The notes under the pieces: generated by a model
What the model saw: the letters and a program-made list of their open reading frames with translations, nothing else
Databases searched by the model: none
Told to the model about the DNA's origin: nothing
Shown here: piece after piece, positions 35,701-46,232 of the stretch
Position numbering within the stretch: position 1 is the stretch's first letter
Layout of the letters: every line of letters starts with the position of its first letter
Origin: Trypanosoma brucei
Lineage: Eukaryota
NCBI GenBank assembly: GCA_000002445.1
Contig: CM000207.1
Location: 1,664,001-1,728,000, forward strand
Length of the DNA stretch: 64,000 nt
Direction of reading: 5' to 3'
Translations under genes and position numbers: made by a program

Positions 35701-36592
35701 CTCCACATGTCTTCACTCCTTTCATTCTTTCCTTTCTCCTCCCAAAAACAAAGCAAACAAACAAACATAGAGACCCGTGTGCACACTTAAAGGAACAACA
35801 ACAACAACAATTACAACAATATCAACAAAAGGGTAAACATAAAGAGAAAAGAAAAAAAAAAAGATCGACGATGTAACGATGGGAAGGGAAAAGGTTTGAG
35901 GTTACAACATGGAGAAGGAAAATTCCACCATTAGAAAACACAACCTCCTTCCTTCTTCTCCACTCCCTTCTTCCTTTCCCATACGTCATTATTCAGCCCC
36001 ATCCCACCCCCCTCTCTCCCTCTTCCTCTTTTCTCTCTTTTTATCCCTTTCTCCCGGGAAGCATAAATAAATAAAACAAACCGGGGGAAAAAAAAATGAC
36101 ATGACAAATTTAAGGGTGTGGAAATACATTTTTTTTCTTAAGAAAAAAAAAGCAAAAATGAAGAACCGAATAGAAAACAAGTGTTAAAAGAGAAGAAAGG
36201 AAGGCTGTCGCCACAGCACCATCGTGGCAACAGAAAAACAAATCAAAAAACCCACCGCAACGTTCGGGAGGAGTAACAAATTATCATCTAAAGCGAAAAA
36301 AAAAGGTATTAACGTGAAAAAGGAAAAGGAAAGAATGACAGAAAGCAGTGAAAACCAAGAAAGGGAGGGAAGATAGAAGAAGAATGTAAAACATAATAGT
36401 AGAATACTTCACCGTCGCCTAGAGAGAATAGGATCCCAAACACAACCATAGTAAAATATTTAACTAAAGGTTCATCCACACTCCCCTAACTATTTCACGA
36501 ATTTATGCGTGTGTGCTTATTACCTTCTACTCACGCGTTTTAACATGCGATTGCAACAACGGTACCGGAGCATACGGTTGTGCAATGCACCT

Positions 36593-37597
36593 CTAAAAAC
36601 CACGGAATGCAACCTGTTGCGAAGGGGTTAGTGGAGGAGAACCCTTATCTCCACTCTCGGGATACGACTCAAAGTTACTTGTGTCGCCGGGGCTCTTCAC
36701 TTTTACGGCAATGGGGGCGTTATAATGACGTCCATAGAGTTTCTCCCAATTCGCACCACGGAAGAATGGGTGATTCTTCACATCAGCTACGCCATCCTTC
36801 AGCGTGCCCAACCGTTTCGTGTGATCCGTTTGCAATAAACCCTTTACGAGATCCCGCGCACGCTCATCAAACCAATTGGGGAATTTAAGCCGGCCCGCAA
36901 GAATCTTTTCATACGTCCGAATTGGGGTTTCATCAAAAAAGGGAGGATGGCCAGCTATGAATTCATACAGCAAAACACCCATCGTCCACCAATCCACAGC
37001 CTTCCCATGTCCTTTGCTCTGAATTACCTCAGGTGCAAGATACTCAGGTGTCCCACATAACGTATAGGTACGATCCGTCACCTTCTTAGCAAAACCAAAA
37101 TCAGTCACCTTGACGTGTCCCTTCCCATCAAGTAGCAGATTCTCAGGTTTCAAGTCACGGTAGATAATGTCCTTCGAGTGTAAATATTCAAAGGCCAACA
37201 CAAGCTCCGCATGATAGAACTTCGCTACGTCATTCGGGAAACGGCCTGCGGAACGAAGGTGAGTAAATACCTCACCACCTACCACAAATTCTAGAACAAA
37301 GTAGACGCGGTTCTCATCCTGGAAGGAACACATCATGTTCACAATGAAGGGGTGTGACAACTCCATTAGAATTTGCTTCTCTTGGTTCAGGTGTTGTACC
37401 TGCTTCATCTTTAGTATCTCATGCTTCTTTAGACATTTTATTGCATAATACTCCCCCCTGCTCTTCAGTTTTGCAATGCGCACGCGACCAAACGAGCCGG
37501 TCCCTAGCGTGTCACCCATTTCAAAGTCACTCAGCTTCCATCCCGATGTGTCAGGCTTGGTAAACAGTTGGCCATCACCAGTGGGAGTTGTCGTCAT
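36593..37597 (-). CDS. PKAC1: cAMP-dependent protein kinase (PKA) catalytic subunit, paralog B (334 aa)
   Basis: The N-terminus is MTTTPTGDGQLFTKPDTSGWKL, with ATG at 37595-37597. The rest is near-identical to paralog A, with a few substitutions (KKHEILK vs KKREILK; RLKFPNWFDERARD vs RFKFPNWFDSRARD; HYNAPIAVKV vs HYHAPIPVKV; PPLTPSQQVAFRGF vs PPLAPSQQLEFRGF). It lies adjacent to PRP8. Confidence 0.85.
   Translation of the reverse strand: MTTTPTGDGQLFTKPDTSGWKLSDFEMGDTLGTGSFGRVRIAKLKSRGEYYAIKCLKKHEILKMKQVQHLNQEKQILMELSHPFIVNMMCSFQDENRVYFVLEFVVGGEVFTHLRSAGRFPNDVAKFYHAELVLAFEYLHSKDIIYRDLKPENLLLDGKGHVKVTDFGFAKKVTDRTYTLCGTPEYLAPEVIQSKGHGKAVDWWTMGVLLYEFIAGHPPFFDETPIRTYEKILAGRLKFPNWFDERARDLVKGLLQTDHTKRLGTLKDGVADVKNHPFFRGANWEKLYGRHYNAPIAVKVKSPGDTSNFESYPESGDKGSPPLTPSQQVAFRGF
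36596..37565. repeat. PKAC duplication unit copy B, a ~970-bp near-identical direct repeat
   Basis: See copy A. The 5' ends (the first ~12-14 codons) and the UTR flanks are unrelated. Confidence 0.8.
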
Positions 37598-37942
37598 ATT
37601 TGCGCGGCTAGTTGCTTTTACCCACCTTGTTATTACCTTGATTATACAAAAAAAAAGGCAAAGAGAAACGAAAAAGAGAAGTCAATTAATATTCCCGAGA
37701 AGCAAGTGAGACTCAGGCAAAGTGATGGTCTGCCACTGACGTTTTTAACTCCCAGCCTGGTGAGTCGTTTCTTCGTTATCAAATGCATAACGATAATTGT
37801 GCTTAGGTTCACAAACACTTAACAGACAACGGTACCATAATTTTTGTTTGGTTTTTAACTCCATTAAAGAAAAAATGATGCTGCGCAACACATCCGCCTT
37901 CCCATCCCCGCAGACAAACAGTTGGAGGACTGCAGTTGATGA

Positions 37943-40900
37943 CTACGCCATCAGGTTCTCAAGATCTGCCATATCAATTGTTGCTTCTTCTTCCGTTAAT
38001 CGGGCAAAATTCAGAAAGTGGTCTGGACGGTGTGTTGCAAAAAAGAAAAATTGTGGAGTGTCCACACGCACATCAAACGTCGTGTCTTCACGCCACGTTG
38101 CCCCTCTGAAGGTATGATTCCATCCATTGTCTGTTGGTACAAGAAAAAAGCCCTGAAGCTCCGTCGACAGTGTCACACGAGCCGGAATTACATGCAACGG
38201 TGGCACTTCCGTGGGCTCGCGTTGAAGTGCATGGGAATATTCTTCGAGAGCCCACGATATTCCCTCACGCGTGGTAGTGTAACAGCGGATACCAATCCCA
38301 TCCTGCGAAACCCCGACGACAACTGTTGTGAGTCCCTCCGTTTGCAGCCCCTCATTGCACGCCAGTAGTCTGCCGTGGATGGCAACATCTCTGGAGTGAA
38401 TTGAAGGTTCCCCGCCACTGCAACGAAGGACACCAAGAAGGGAAAGATGATTCTCGGTCAAGGTGGGGTGGTCATGAGGAATACATGACGGTGTCGTGTA
38501 CTCAACAGCAGAACTCTTTTGAGGGGGCACCATAATGCACAACACCTCCTTAACATTGGGGGAATCAGGAAGAGTCTGCCCAAAAAGGTACGCACAGAAC
38601 TGGGCTTGAACATCAAAGCACGGAAACAAAATTTTCAACAGCTCCTGAGGAAATATAAGTTGGTCGCTGCTTCCCGTCACACCAGAGTGATCAATCTCAA
38701 CAGTGGTACCTTCACCGAACACAGTAGCATTAGCAAGTGAGCGTGCCCGCCAGTTGCTCGCGGATGTCGAATTACCGAAGTCGAATGCCGCTTTGACCCT
38801 CTTTTTAGCTGTTTCGCCCGACTTCGTTACCACATCAATTGTGTGTTCTTGCACCAACTTAGTGCGCTTCATCTCCTCCAATTCCTTCATCTCTTCCTCT
38901 TGAATCTCAACCGTGGTCATCTTCTTGCCAAGAAGAATGTCCTTTTTTTCCATCTCGGTGAACTGGTTCGGACTGACATTCATCCGACGGGCCGCGTCGG
39001 CAATTATCATCTCCTGCAGACGCACAGACACAGCCTCCCACTCCTCCCGAGTGTAGGTGGGCCAAAAATGTGAGTGGTGGACTTCTACATGAAGGTCTGG
39101 CTCGAGCGTCTGACGCGTGCGACTGAGATTCACGTGGTATCCACGCAGTATGAGATTTAGTAAATTAAAGCATGTTGCAGGTTGAAACTGCCGCAGCCAG
39201 TCATCATAAAGGCAGAATTCCCACCCCTTACTTTCCGTGGCCGAAATCCGCAGATCGGCCAAGCGACTGTGCCGCAGGACCATTGGGACCGCAAGGTTTA
39301 GATCACTCTGTCCAATAATTATGTTTGGGTAATCCAGTATAAGCATATTGTGGAGAGTTTGTCGGAAACGACTTCGAGTCACAATGAGTTTCCCGGGTCG
39401 CTGACTCGCGGGCACACTGCGTAGCCAGGAGGCAATCTCCTCTGCTGCCTTCTCACGAGCAAGCTTTGTGCGCCGCTTCTGACCAGCAAAAACACTTTTG
39501 TGAACAATGCTGAGTTTCAGGTTCCCTGTTGCCGGTTCAAAAATAAGTACGGCACCATTTTCAGACCTAAACTTCCTGCCACCCTCAGCAGTGGGTTGTT
39601 CACTTGTGACATATGTAGCGCTGTCATCAACGATCCAAGTGCGCATTCCTTCCGAGAATAACTCCGCAATGTTTGTCACCGACAACCCGGCCTCCGTTGG
39701 GGCCGAGCTAAAAAGCTGAAGGTCGCGCTTCATACGCTCACGCAGAGTATTGAGTGCTATATTGTGTCGTATAATGGCTGTCATAAGTTTCATCATCAGC
39801 GGTTTGAGTCGAGGTACCCAATAACCGAATGCTGAATGACAGTTGTAGGCTAAATCGATGGCCACGACAATACCAGCAGGGAAAGGATACATTTTGGCAG
39901 AAGAATATTCGTAAAATCTACTTCTTGTATACTCCGCGATATTGTGACTGTCGTAATTACCCCAACGCAGTTGGACGTCAATCCAGTACTTGCTTGTCGT
40001 GTGAGCCCTATATTCGTCACCAGTTTCGTCAGAAAGAACCGTCGGCTTCGATGTAACAGGCCAGCGTGACGTTGACGCCATGACAATGTCGGGTGCAGAA
40101 CTTGTGTACGTGTAAGATTTTTGCGGGTGCTGCTGCTGCAATGTGACGGATGCCGCATCTAATTCCACCATCATGTCCTTCAACTTGCTTGCGATGTCAT
40201 TCACTACTGCCCCATGACACTTTTCCCATAGGGAACCGCTGAAAATCTTAATGAGCGACTTCTTAATCGTTTCAAGCTTGCCGCACATAAACACTCCGGT
40301 GGTATCAATTTTCGTCTCAAACCCGGCTTGGACGTCCGACCTATTGATTGTCGGACACCACCACAGCGCAAAGCGCCTGTTAGGAACATTTGCCAAACCG
40401 GCACGCTGCTGTTTGGCCAACTTGCTATCCTTTTTGGAGTTTTCAAAACCTCCAGCGCGGTTAAACTCAATACCCTCCCAGGATGGGAAACCCGTCCCCC
40501 TAAATAGACTATGCTCAAGAATGGCCTCCACACCACCAAGTGCGATGTTTGTGTCGACACGATACCTCTCCAGTACACCCCCACAAATGTTGCCATCGTG
40601 CTCTTGGTGGAACCACCAATTCTTCAAGTACTTCCCTGCAAGGTAACGTTGGAACTCCATACGACACCGAAATCCTTTGTCAAACTGGAAAAGCTTTGCG
40701 TGACGCGAAAACAAAACCCGAATTCGCGGGACGCCTTTGTTGATGATATGCTCTATATCGTCAATTGAGAGCCGCGTTCCGGCAGCTTTGGCTTCACGAT
40801 CCCGCATGTTGAACTCTGTCCACGCCTTAACGCTCTCCCGTACCTCCGTTTCCCACGGGGTATAGTACTGCAAAATATTGGGAATAGGAATGTTGTCGGC

Positions 40901-43900
40901 GTTTGTAAGTCCTGAATAGAAGAATTGCACACCCGTACTTGTTGACTTGGAGTAGACGAGGTCACGTGCAGGAATCAGCGAATGGCCCACAGATAACATA
41001 CCAAGTCCACCGAGGTCAGTAGGTGCGTAAAATATGACCGGTGGGAAGCGAGCCTTTGCTCGGGAGTTAAGAGCCATCATAATTCTCGATTGCATTCGAT
41101 GTTCAGCGCGAGCTAGGACCTGTTGAAGGGAGTCTGTTCCCAGTATAGCCTCACGGTAGTATGGAACAATTTCTGTGACGAGTGCATTCCACTTCGCCGC
41201 AATGCTTTGAAACGTTGAACTTCCAACCATCATTATGGCCCGTCGCGCCTTGTTACGTATGTTATTGACATCATCTGGAGATACCTGAAGGAAAGCACGC
41301 GCCGTGACATCTCTCGTCGTAGTATTCTGTAGGTTCCACGTGGATTCGTTCTCTAGCACCTCATCTTCGGTACGGACCACGGGCAGAATGCGTACAGAGA
41401 ACCCTCCCATATCAAACAACAAATTCGGATTGTCTTTTGAATAGACGCTTGCTAGAGCATTAGATTCATTAATATCTGCAATGCCCGGTGGTAGCCGGCC
41501 ACGGAACTCCCATATAACTGCTCGTGCGAGATTCACATCATTAAGGAAGAGACGCATCCGAGCGTCCCGCGGCCACTGCTTGAAGTTCTTGAAACCATAA
41601 ACGGAAGCGTTTTCGGCACGCTTCTGGGGGTCATTTTTAGTTTCTTCTAGGTACCGGTGTCGCACATCATCAGCTTCAACCTTGGTGTATTTTAACAGCA
41701 CATATACTTCATTCTTGTAACGACAGTATCCACGAATAGGGTGAGATGTGGCGAGTAAGGGATCTCGCATCCACGACATAAACGGATTGGGGCGCCTCGC
41801 CGGTCCAGCAATTTCTTGGCTTCTTTGTGTACCGAGTAAAAGCACGTCAATGACAAGACCCCAATACTGAGCCAGAAACGATGAAAACATAAAACCTCGT
41901 AACATCCCCTTGCGACAATGATAAGCCATATCCTTAAACTCCACTACAACATCATGGCGACTGACGATGTATTCCGCCAATGACTTATCCATTATAAGCT
42001 CCAGTAGAGGCCGGAACAGGTTCCAATCAATGTTTCCGTAAAAATCATCCTCCAATTTTGCGTGTAACAGCACGACAGACTCATCCCGATCAAAATCCCA
42101 AATACCAGGGCTGTCGTTGATACCTTGACACCATTTGTAGACGAGAATAGGCACCGGTTCCAGATCAGATGGCTTCACCCAATTAGGAAACAGCCGCTGC
42201 TGGTCCATAGCTTCGTACCACAGGTACTGGTCCAGAAAGGAGTCCACGAGCTTCTCGGAGGGAACAACGTTATAGATGGGGTACAGACTCGAAAAAGTAT
42301 CCATGTACTCCACCTCGACGTTCTTAAACCTGCGAACGCGGGCAAGGCAGTCCACTATCTTCGAAAGTGTTTCATGGGGCGAATTAAATGCCTCCTCAAT
42401 TCGGGCTTGTTCCTCCCGCTGTGCCTGAGTAAGACGGTTTGCGATATTGTGTTGGTCACGAAGACGATTGAGCGCGAGCTCCAGAAGGCGTAGTTCAGCA
42501 GGTCTCGACGCTTTAGGGAAGCTGATTTTCTTGAAGCCGCGGTCGCTAAGCCAGTTAGCCATCATGCGATAAATCTCCGTCGCTTGCTCAGGGGTTATAA
42601 TATCCGTGTCCGTTCCCTCCATGTAGGACCGTTGGCGATTCTGCTCCTCCATGAGCTTCAAACGCGTGAGGCGCCCAAGGTTCTTCATGAAAGCCTGCTT
42701 ATCCACTGTGTCACCTTCGTTTATCCGCTTCCGTTGATACTGTGTGACGCGAACGTATTCTTCTGCCCGGAGTTTCACGTATTTGTTCACCAAATCCGTA
42801 AGAGGCTTTGCCAGTCCTGGTACCGACCAGCGGAGCCCGGCACGCCAGTGACGGAAGGCTTCATTCATGTGTTGATCCATTGTACGGATTACTTCCGTTC
42901 GCACGTCTGGTGGGAGCATCTCCCGCAGCTCCCGCCGGAACGCCTCCTTTATATTCACATCCTTATCTGTCTCCACGCGTTGGCGGGTGATGCGCTTCCC
43001 ATCATGTTTTCCCTTAGCCTCACGACCCCGGAGTACGCGATCAGTTAGGTTCCCAAGATACCTTTGCAACAGAGGTGTCATTCCACGAAGAAAAAAAACC
43101 CACACCCTCCATGATGGCGCCCAGAACCCACATCCCGGGCCTCGAAGCACCTCACCGACGTTAAACTTGCTGTACAGAACGTGTTTTAAGTCCCGCGATC
43201 TCTTGATTTGCCTCATTGCCCGAAGTTTATACCTGTACACGCCTGTGAGACGACCCAAATGTGAAAAAAGGTACTGAATTGCATCGGCGAGTTGAATAGA
43301 ATCATTTTTCCCCAGTCGGTACATAGTATGCATGTCAATAAGTTGTTTCATAAAACCCAGAAGCTCACGGATGAGGTGAAACGCAGGCCCTAAGCGGCTT
43401 TTTTTAATCTCTTTAGTCGTCAGTGTCCGCGTTGGTTTTGCCTCAAAGTTGTAGTTTATGTGAACATACGGGAGGCTTTTAACATTAATAAGCTGCACCA
43501 ACATGTTGTGGCCTTGCCGCATAACCTGGAGACCAGCTTCCAGCCAATCAATTTTGGTTTTGTGAAAGAAATCCAAATTTGCTAACTCGTCCAAACGTCG
43601 GACCGGTTGTCCCCCCTCATCTTGGTTACCACCTTCTTCTTTAGGTCGCTCCTTCTGTCGGTCCCGCCTGAGGTTTTTGGCAACATGGTGCTTCAACAGT
43701 TGTGTATAGCTCCTTAAAATTTTATCCCGCGTATCATTTGTAAGTAGGGATGGGGGATCCCGGCACCAGTGTTCCGCCACAGGAATGTCCACGCGACGCT
43801 TCATACCACCTTCGAATTCGTTAAACGGGCCAGGTGCAAACGCCAGCAACATGGCAGACTTCGTGTCAACATTCTCCAACGGAAGCTCCTGGAAAAAGGG

Positions 43901-45154
43901 GGAGAAGTTTTCCATCAGACTCATGGGTTGGCACCCGTCCTCGGGTTCTTCATCCCCGAGCCACTGGGACTTTCGCAACGCGGCTGAGCATAAGGCTACC
44001 GAGGATGACCCCACAGGATCTGAATGCCTCTTTTGTATTGCCTTAATAGGATTGAGGGAAGGATTCCAGGAGAAGCACGGAACGGCGGGGTCCTCATTCT
44101 CCACACGTATCTGCGCTGGGTAGCGATAGGGTGCAACAGTTACTCCATCCACCACATCACTATACAAAAAAGGGAATGCGATTTGCCGCTCAGTAAGCAT
44201 AGTGAAGCGCGGTTTCCGAGGATCATCCCGGTGGATAACACGCCGAAGATCGTTAAATTCTGTCCATTCACCTTCTTCTTCTTGTATCGTCGAGGGTGCC
44301 TCAAATTTGGGTGCCCTAGGAATCGCTATATGCATCGCCTTTGCCGCGTAAAATGACTTCAAGTCCCACAGATAATAATAATTCCGGTCGTCCAAATTGG
44401 GAAGAATGGGAATAGCGTTCCGGAACAGGGTTTCTATCACATCGATGGTAAAATAGTAACCATTGGGACGCCGGGACCCGCGAATTTGGTTTGGGTGGAC
44501 AAGCCGTGGAAAGGGGTCGTAGAACCAGTCCAGCACCGCCGCAGCATCTTCCTCGTCCAGATCGTCGTACAATGCCGGTGGCGGCTCCCTGTCCATAATG
44601 TAGTCACTGAAGTCTATTGGAGGTTCATTCTCGTTGCCTTTGCTTATCACCCGACGAAAAGTACCACATTCCTGCTGCAGTTCAACTTTGTGTGAACGCA
44701 TTTTAGTCCATATCGAGCCCCACTGAGCTAGGTAGAGTGGCTCGGGTGCCGTTGGCGTGTCCTCAACAAGCGTAAGCACACCTCTCATGTGATACACGAC
44801 GTTGACGTATCGAGCCTCTTCCCACGGCATTGGCATGTTTTCTAGCAGTTTGTACAATGCCAGAGGCATGTACCTCAGCAAAGCGACACACAGCTTCCGC
44901 TCGGCATTGAAGCGTTTACCACTTAAATCACCGTTATCCTTCACCAGTTTACGCAAGTACTCCGGGGGTACTTCATCCTTTTGAGCAACGGCTTCCTGGT
45001 ATGTCGCACGGTACCCATACCGTTTTGTGTTGAGGTTTCGCCACTCCGCAATCTGCCTACGATGACCGGATGACCACTTCTCAGTGACTCCCTCACCGTT
45101 ATACTGATGCTCAAAGCCATCCTCTGTCAGGGAAATTCCACCACCAGACTTCAT
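37943..45154 (-). CDS. PRP8: Pre-mRNA-processing factor 8 (U5 snRNP PRP8), 2403 aa
   Basis: An uninterrupted 7.2-kb ORF. The translation shows the characteristic PRP8 features: a PROCN-like central region, RT-like and endonuclease-like domains, and a C-terminal MPN/JAB region (...GYTYTSSAPDIVMASTSRWP...LPTQLQGFFLVPTDNGWNH...). ATG at 45152-45154. Confidence 0.9.
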   Translation of the reverse strand: MKSGGGISLTEDGFEHQYNGEGVTEKWSSGHRRQIAEWRNLNTKRYGYRATYQEAVAQKDEVPPEYLRKLVKDNGDLSGKRFNAERKLCVALLRYMPLALYKLLENMPMPWEEARYVNVVYHMRGVLTLVEDTPTAPEPLYLAQWGSIWTKMRSHKVELQQECGTFRRVISKGNENEPPIDFSDYIMDREPPPALYDDLDEEDAAAVLDWFYDPFPRLVHPNQIRGSRRPNGYYFTIDVIETLFRNAIPILPNLDDRNYYYLWDLKSFYAAKAMHIAIPRAPKFEAPSTIQEEEGEWTEFNDLRRVIHRDDPRKPRFTMLTERQIAFPFLYSDVVDGVTVAPYRYPAQIRVENEDPAVPCFSWNPSLNPIKAIQKRHSDPVGSSSVALCSAALRKSQWLGDEEPEDGCQPMSLMENFSPFFQELPLENVDTKSAMLLAFAPGPFNEFEGGMKRRVDIPVAEHWCRDPPSLLTNDTRDKILRSYTQLLKHHVAKNLRRDRQKERPKEEGGNQDEGGQPVRRLDELANLDFFHKTKIDWLEAGLQVMRQGHNMLVQLINVKSLPYVHINYNFEAKPTRTLTTKEIKKSRLGPAFHLIRELLGFMKQLIDMHTMYRLGKNDSIQLADAIQYLFSHLGRLTGVYRYKLRAMRQIKRSRDLKHVLYSKFNVGEVLRGPGCGFWAPSWRVWVFFLRGMTPLLQRYLGNLTDRVLRGREAKGKHDGKRITRQRVETDKDVNIKEAFRRELREMLPPDVRTEVIRTMDQHMNEAFRHWRAGLRWSVPGLAKPLTDLVNKYVKLRAEEYVRVTQYQRKRINEGDTVDKQAFMKNLGRLTRLKLMEEQNRQRSYMEGTDTDIITPEQATEIYRMMANWLSDRGFKKISFPKASRPAELRLLELALNRLRDQHNIANRLTQAQREEQARIEEAFNSPHETLSKIVDCLARVRRFKNVEVEYMDTFSSLYPIYNVVPSEKLVDSFLDQYLWYEAMDQQRLFPNWVKPSDLEPVPILVYKWCQGINDSPGIWDFDRDESVVLLHAKLEDDFYGNIDWNLFRPLLELIMDKSLAEYIVSRHDVVVEFKDMAYHCRKGMLRGFMFSSFLAQYWGLVIDVLLLGTQRSQEIAGPARRPNPFMSWMRDPLLATSHPIRGYCRYKNEVYVLLKYTKVEADDVRHRYLEETKNDPQKRAENASVYGFKNFKQWPRDARMRLFLNDVNLARAVIWEFRGRLPPGIADINESNALASVYSKDNPNLLFDMGGFSVRILPVVRTEDEVLENESTWNLQNTTTRDVTARAFLQVSPDDVNNIRNKARRAIMMVGSSTFQSIAAKWNALVTEIVPYYREAILGTDSLQQVLARAEHRMQSRIMMALNSRAKARFPPVIFYAPTDLGGLGMLSVGHSLIPARDLVYSKSTSTGVQFFYSGLTNADNIPIPNILQYYTPWETEVRESVKAWTEFNMRDREAKAAGTRLSIDDIEHIINKGVPRIRVLFSRHAKLFQFDKGFRCRMEFQRYLAGKYLKNWWFHQEHDGNICGGVLERYRVDTNIALGGVEAILEHSLFRGTGFPSWEGIEFNRAGGFENSKKDSKLAKQQRAGLANVPNRRFALWWCPTINRSDVQAGFETKIDTTGVFMCGKLETIKKSLIKIFSGSLWEKCHGAVVNDIASKLKDMMVELDAASVTLQQQHPQKSYTYTSSAPDIVMASTSRWPVTSKPTVLSDETGDEYRAHTTSKYWIDVQLRWGNYDSHNIAEYTRSRFYEYSSAKMYPFPAGIVVAIDLAYNCHSAFGYWVPRLKPLMMKLMTAIIRHNIALNTLRERMKRDLQLFSSAPTEAGLSVTNIAELFSEGMRTWIVDDSATYVTSEQPTAEGGRKFRSENGAVLIFEPATGNLKLSIVHKSVFAGQKRRTKLAREKAAEEIASWLRSVPASQRPGKLIVTRSRFRQTLHNMLILDYPNIIIGQSDLNLAVPMVLRHSRLADLRISATESKGWEFCLYDDWLRQFQPATCFNLLNLILRGYHVNLSRTRQTLEPDLHVEVHHSHFWPTYTREEWEAVSVRLQEMIIADAARRMNVSPNQFTEMEKKDILLGKKMTTVEIQEEEMKELEEMKRTKLVQEHTIDVVTKSGETAKKRVKAAFDFGNSTSASNWRARSLANATVFGEGTTVEIDHSGVTGSSDQLIFPQELLKILFPCFDVQAQFCAYLFGQTLPDSPNVKEVLCIMVPPQKSSAVEYTTPSCIPHDHPTLTENHLSLLGVLRCSGGEPSIHSRDVAIHGRLLACNEGLQTEGLTTVVVGVSQDGIGIRCYTTTREGISWALEEYSHALQREPTEVPPLHVIPARVTLSTELQGFFLVPTDNGWNHTFRGATWREDTTFDVRVDTPQFFFFATHRPDHFLNFARLTEEEATIDMADLENLMA

Positions 45155-46232
45155 TCTGCACCACTCTATGGCCTACCCAGGCCCAGGGAACCGCGTTTGC
45201 CGTGCCCTCAGTAGATTTCTGCGCCGAAACCTAAACAACGCCAAAAACTACCCTTATGTGTTTTACCTTTACGAACAAAACGTTGGACAGAAGTGTGAAC
45301 AGAATAGGCAAACAGAAACACGGATATATTTAAACGTGCACACACCAGGGTTAAAAGTCCGGGAATTTCTTCTTCGACGATCTAAGACAATATGGTGACC
45401 TCAGCACGGAGTTGCAACACTCCACGTTACTCCTCGAGGGAGAGTTCTGAACCTCTACGCATGTAAAACCATTTTAGACATCGAAACAGTGTTAGCAAAC
45501 GCATATGCACTAAAAAAAAACCCTCAGAAATGGGGAGAAGTTTGATCACGCAGACGTTGCTGCACTACATCTACTTTTTTTTTTTTTAAGAACCCTCTAT
45601 ATTTAAAATAACTAACCAGGAAGACAGACTACCAACATGCCTTGCGGAATGGAGAGAAGCTAAGCCATACTAGGAAGGGCGCAAAGGGAACATCTCCAAC
45701 AAAGAATTAATAGATTCCAGAGGCAGACACACAACTCCAAATATCCTATCGGGAAGATGCATCAGTAACACTCAAGTCCCATGTAGGGTTCCGGATGCAA
45801 AGGCCTCGCAGAGGCCACGTGCCGTTTCAGATAGTTACGAGGGACCACACACACCCTTCAGCACTGCCTCAACTTCACGTCAAACATTTCTTTTCTTCCT
45901 AAGACAGAGGGTAGAATATTACAGTTTGCACGAAAGGGAAGGACAAAAGCGCACTGAATCCACTTGTCGATCACGCCAGCGACCTCGTTGTTGCGAAAAC
46001 GATACACAAAGAGGGACCAGCAGACCAGGGGCAAAAAAAAAAAAAAGTGCAGTCGGTTAGCTTGTTCACGGAGCGAGCCGGCAAAAAACGATAAAAACAA
46101 AAATAGCGAAGATGATCACGATGACAATCATCACTAATACACTAAAAAGTAATCGGCCCGACCAGGCTCCTCCACCCGGTGCTCAACTAGCAGCAAGACA
46201 ACCCGGTTGAGAAACCGCCTGAGGTAAGCGCA

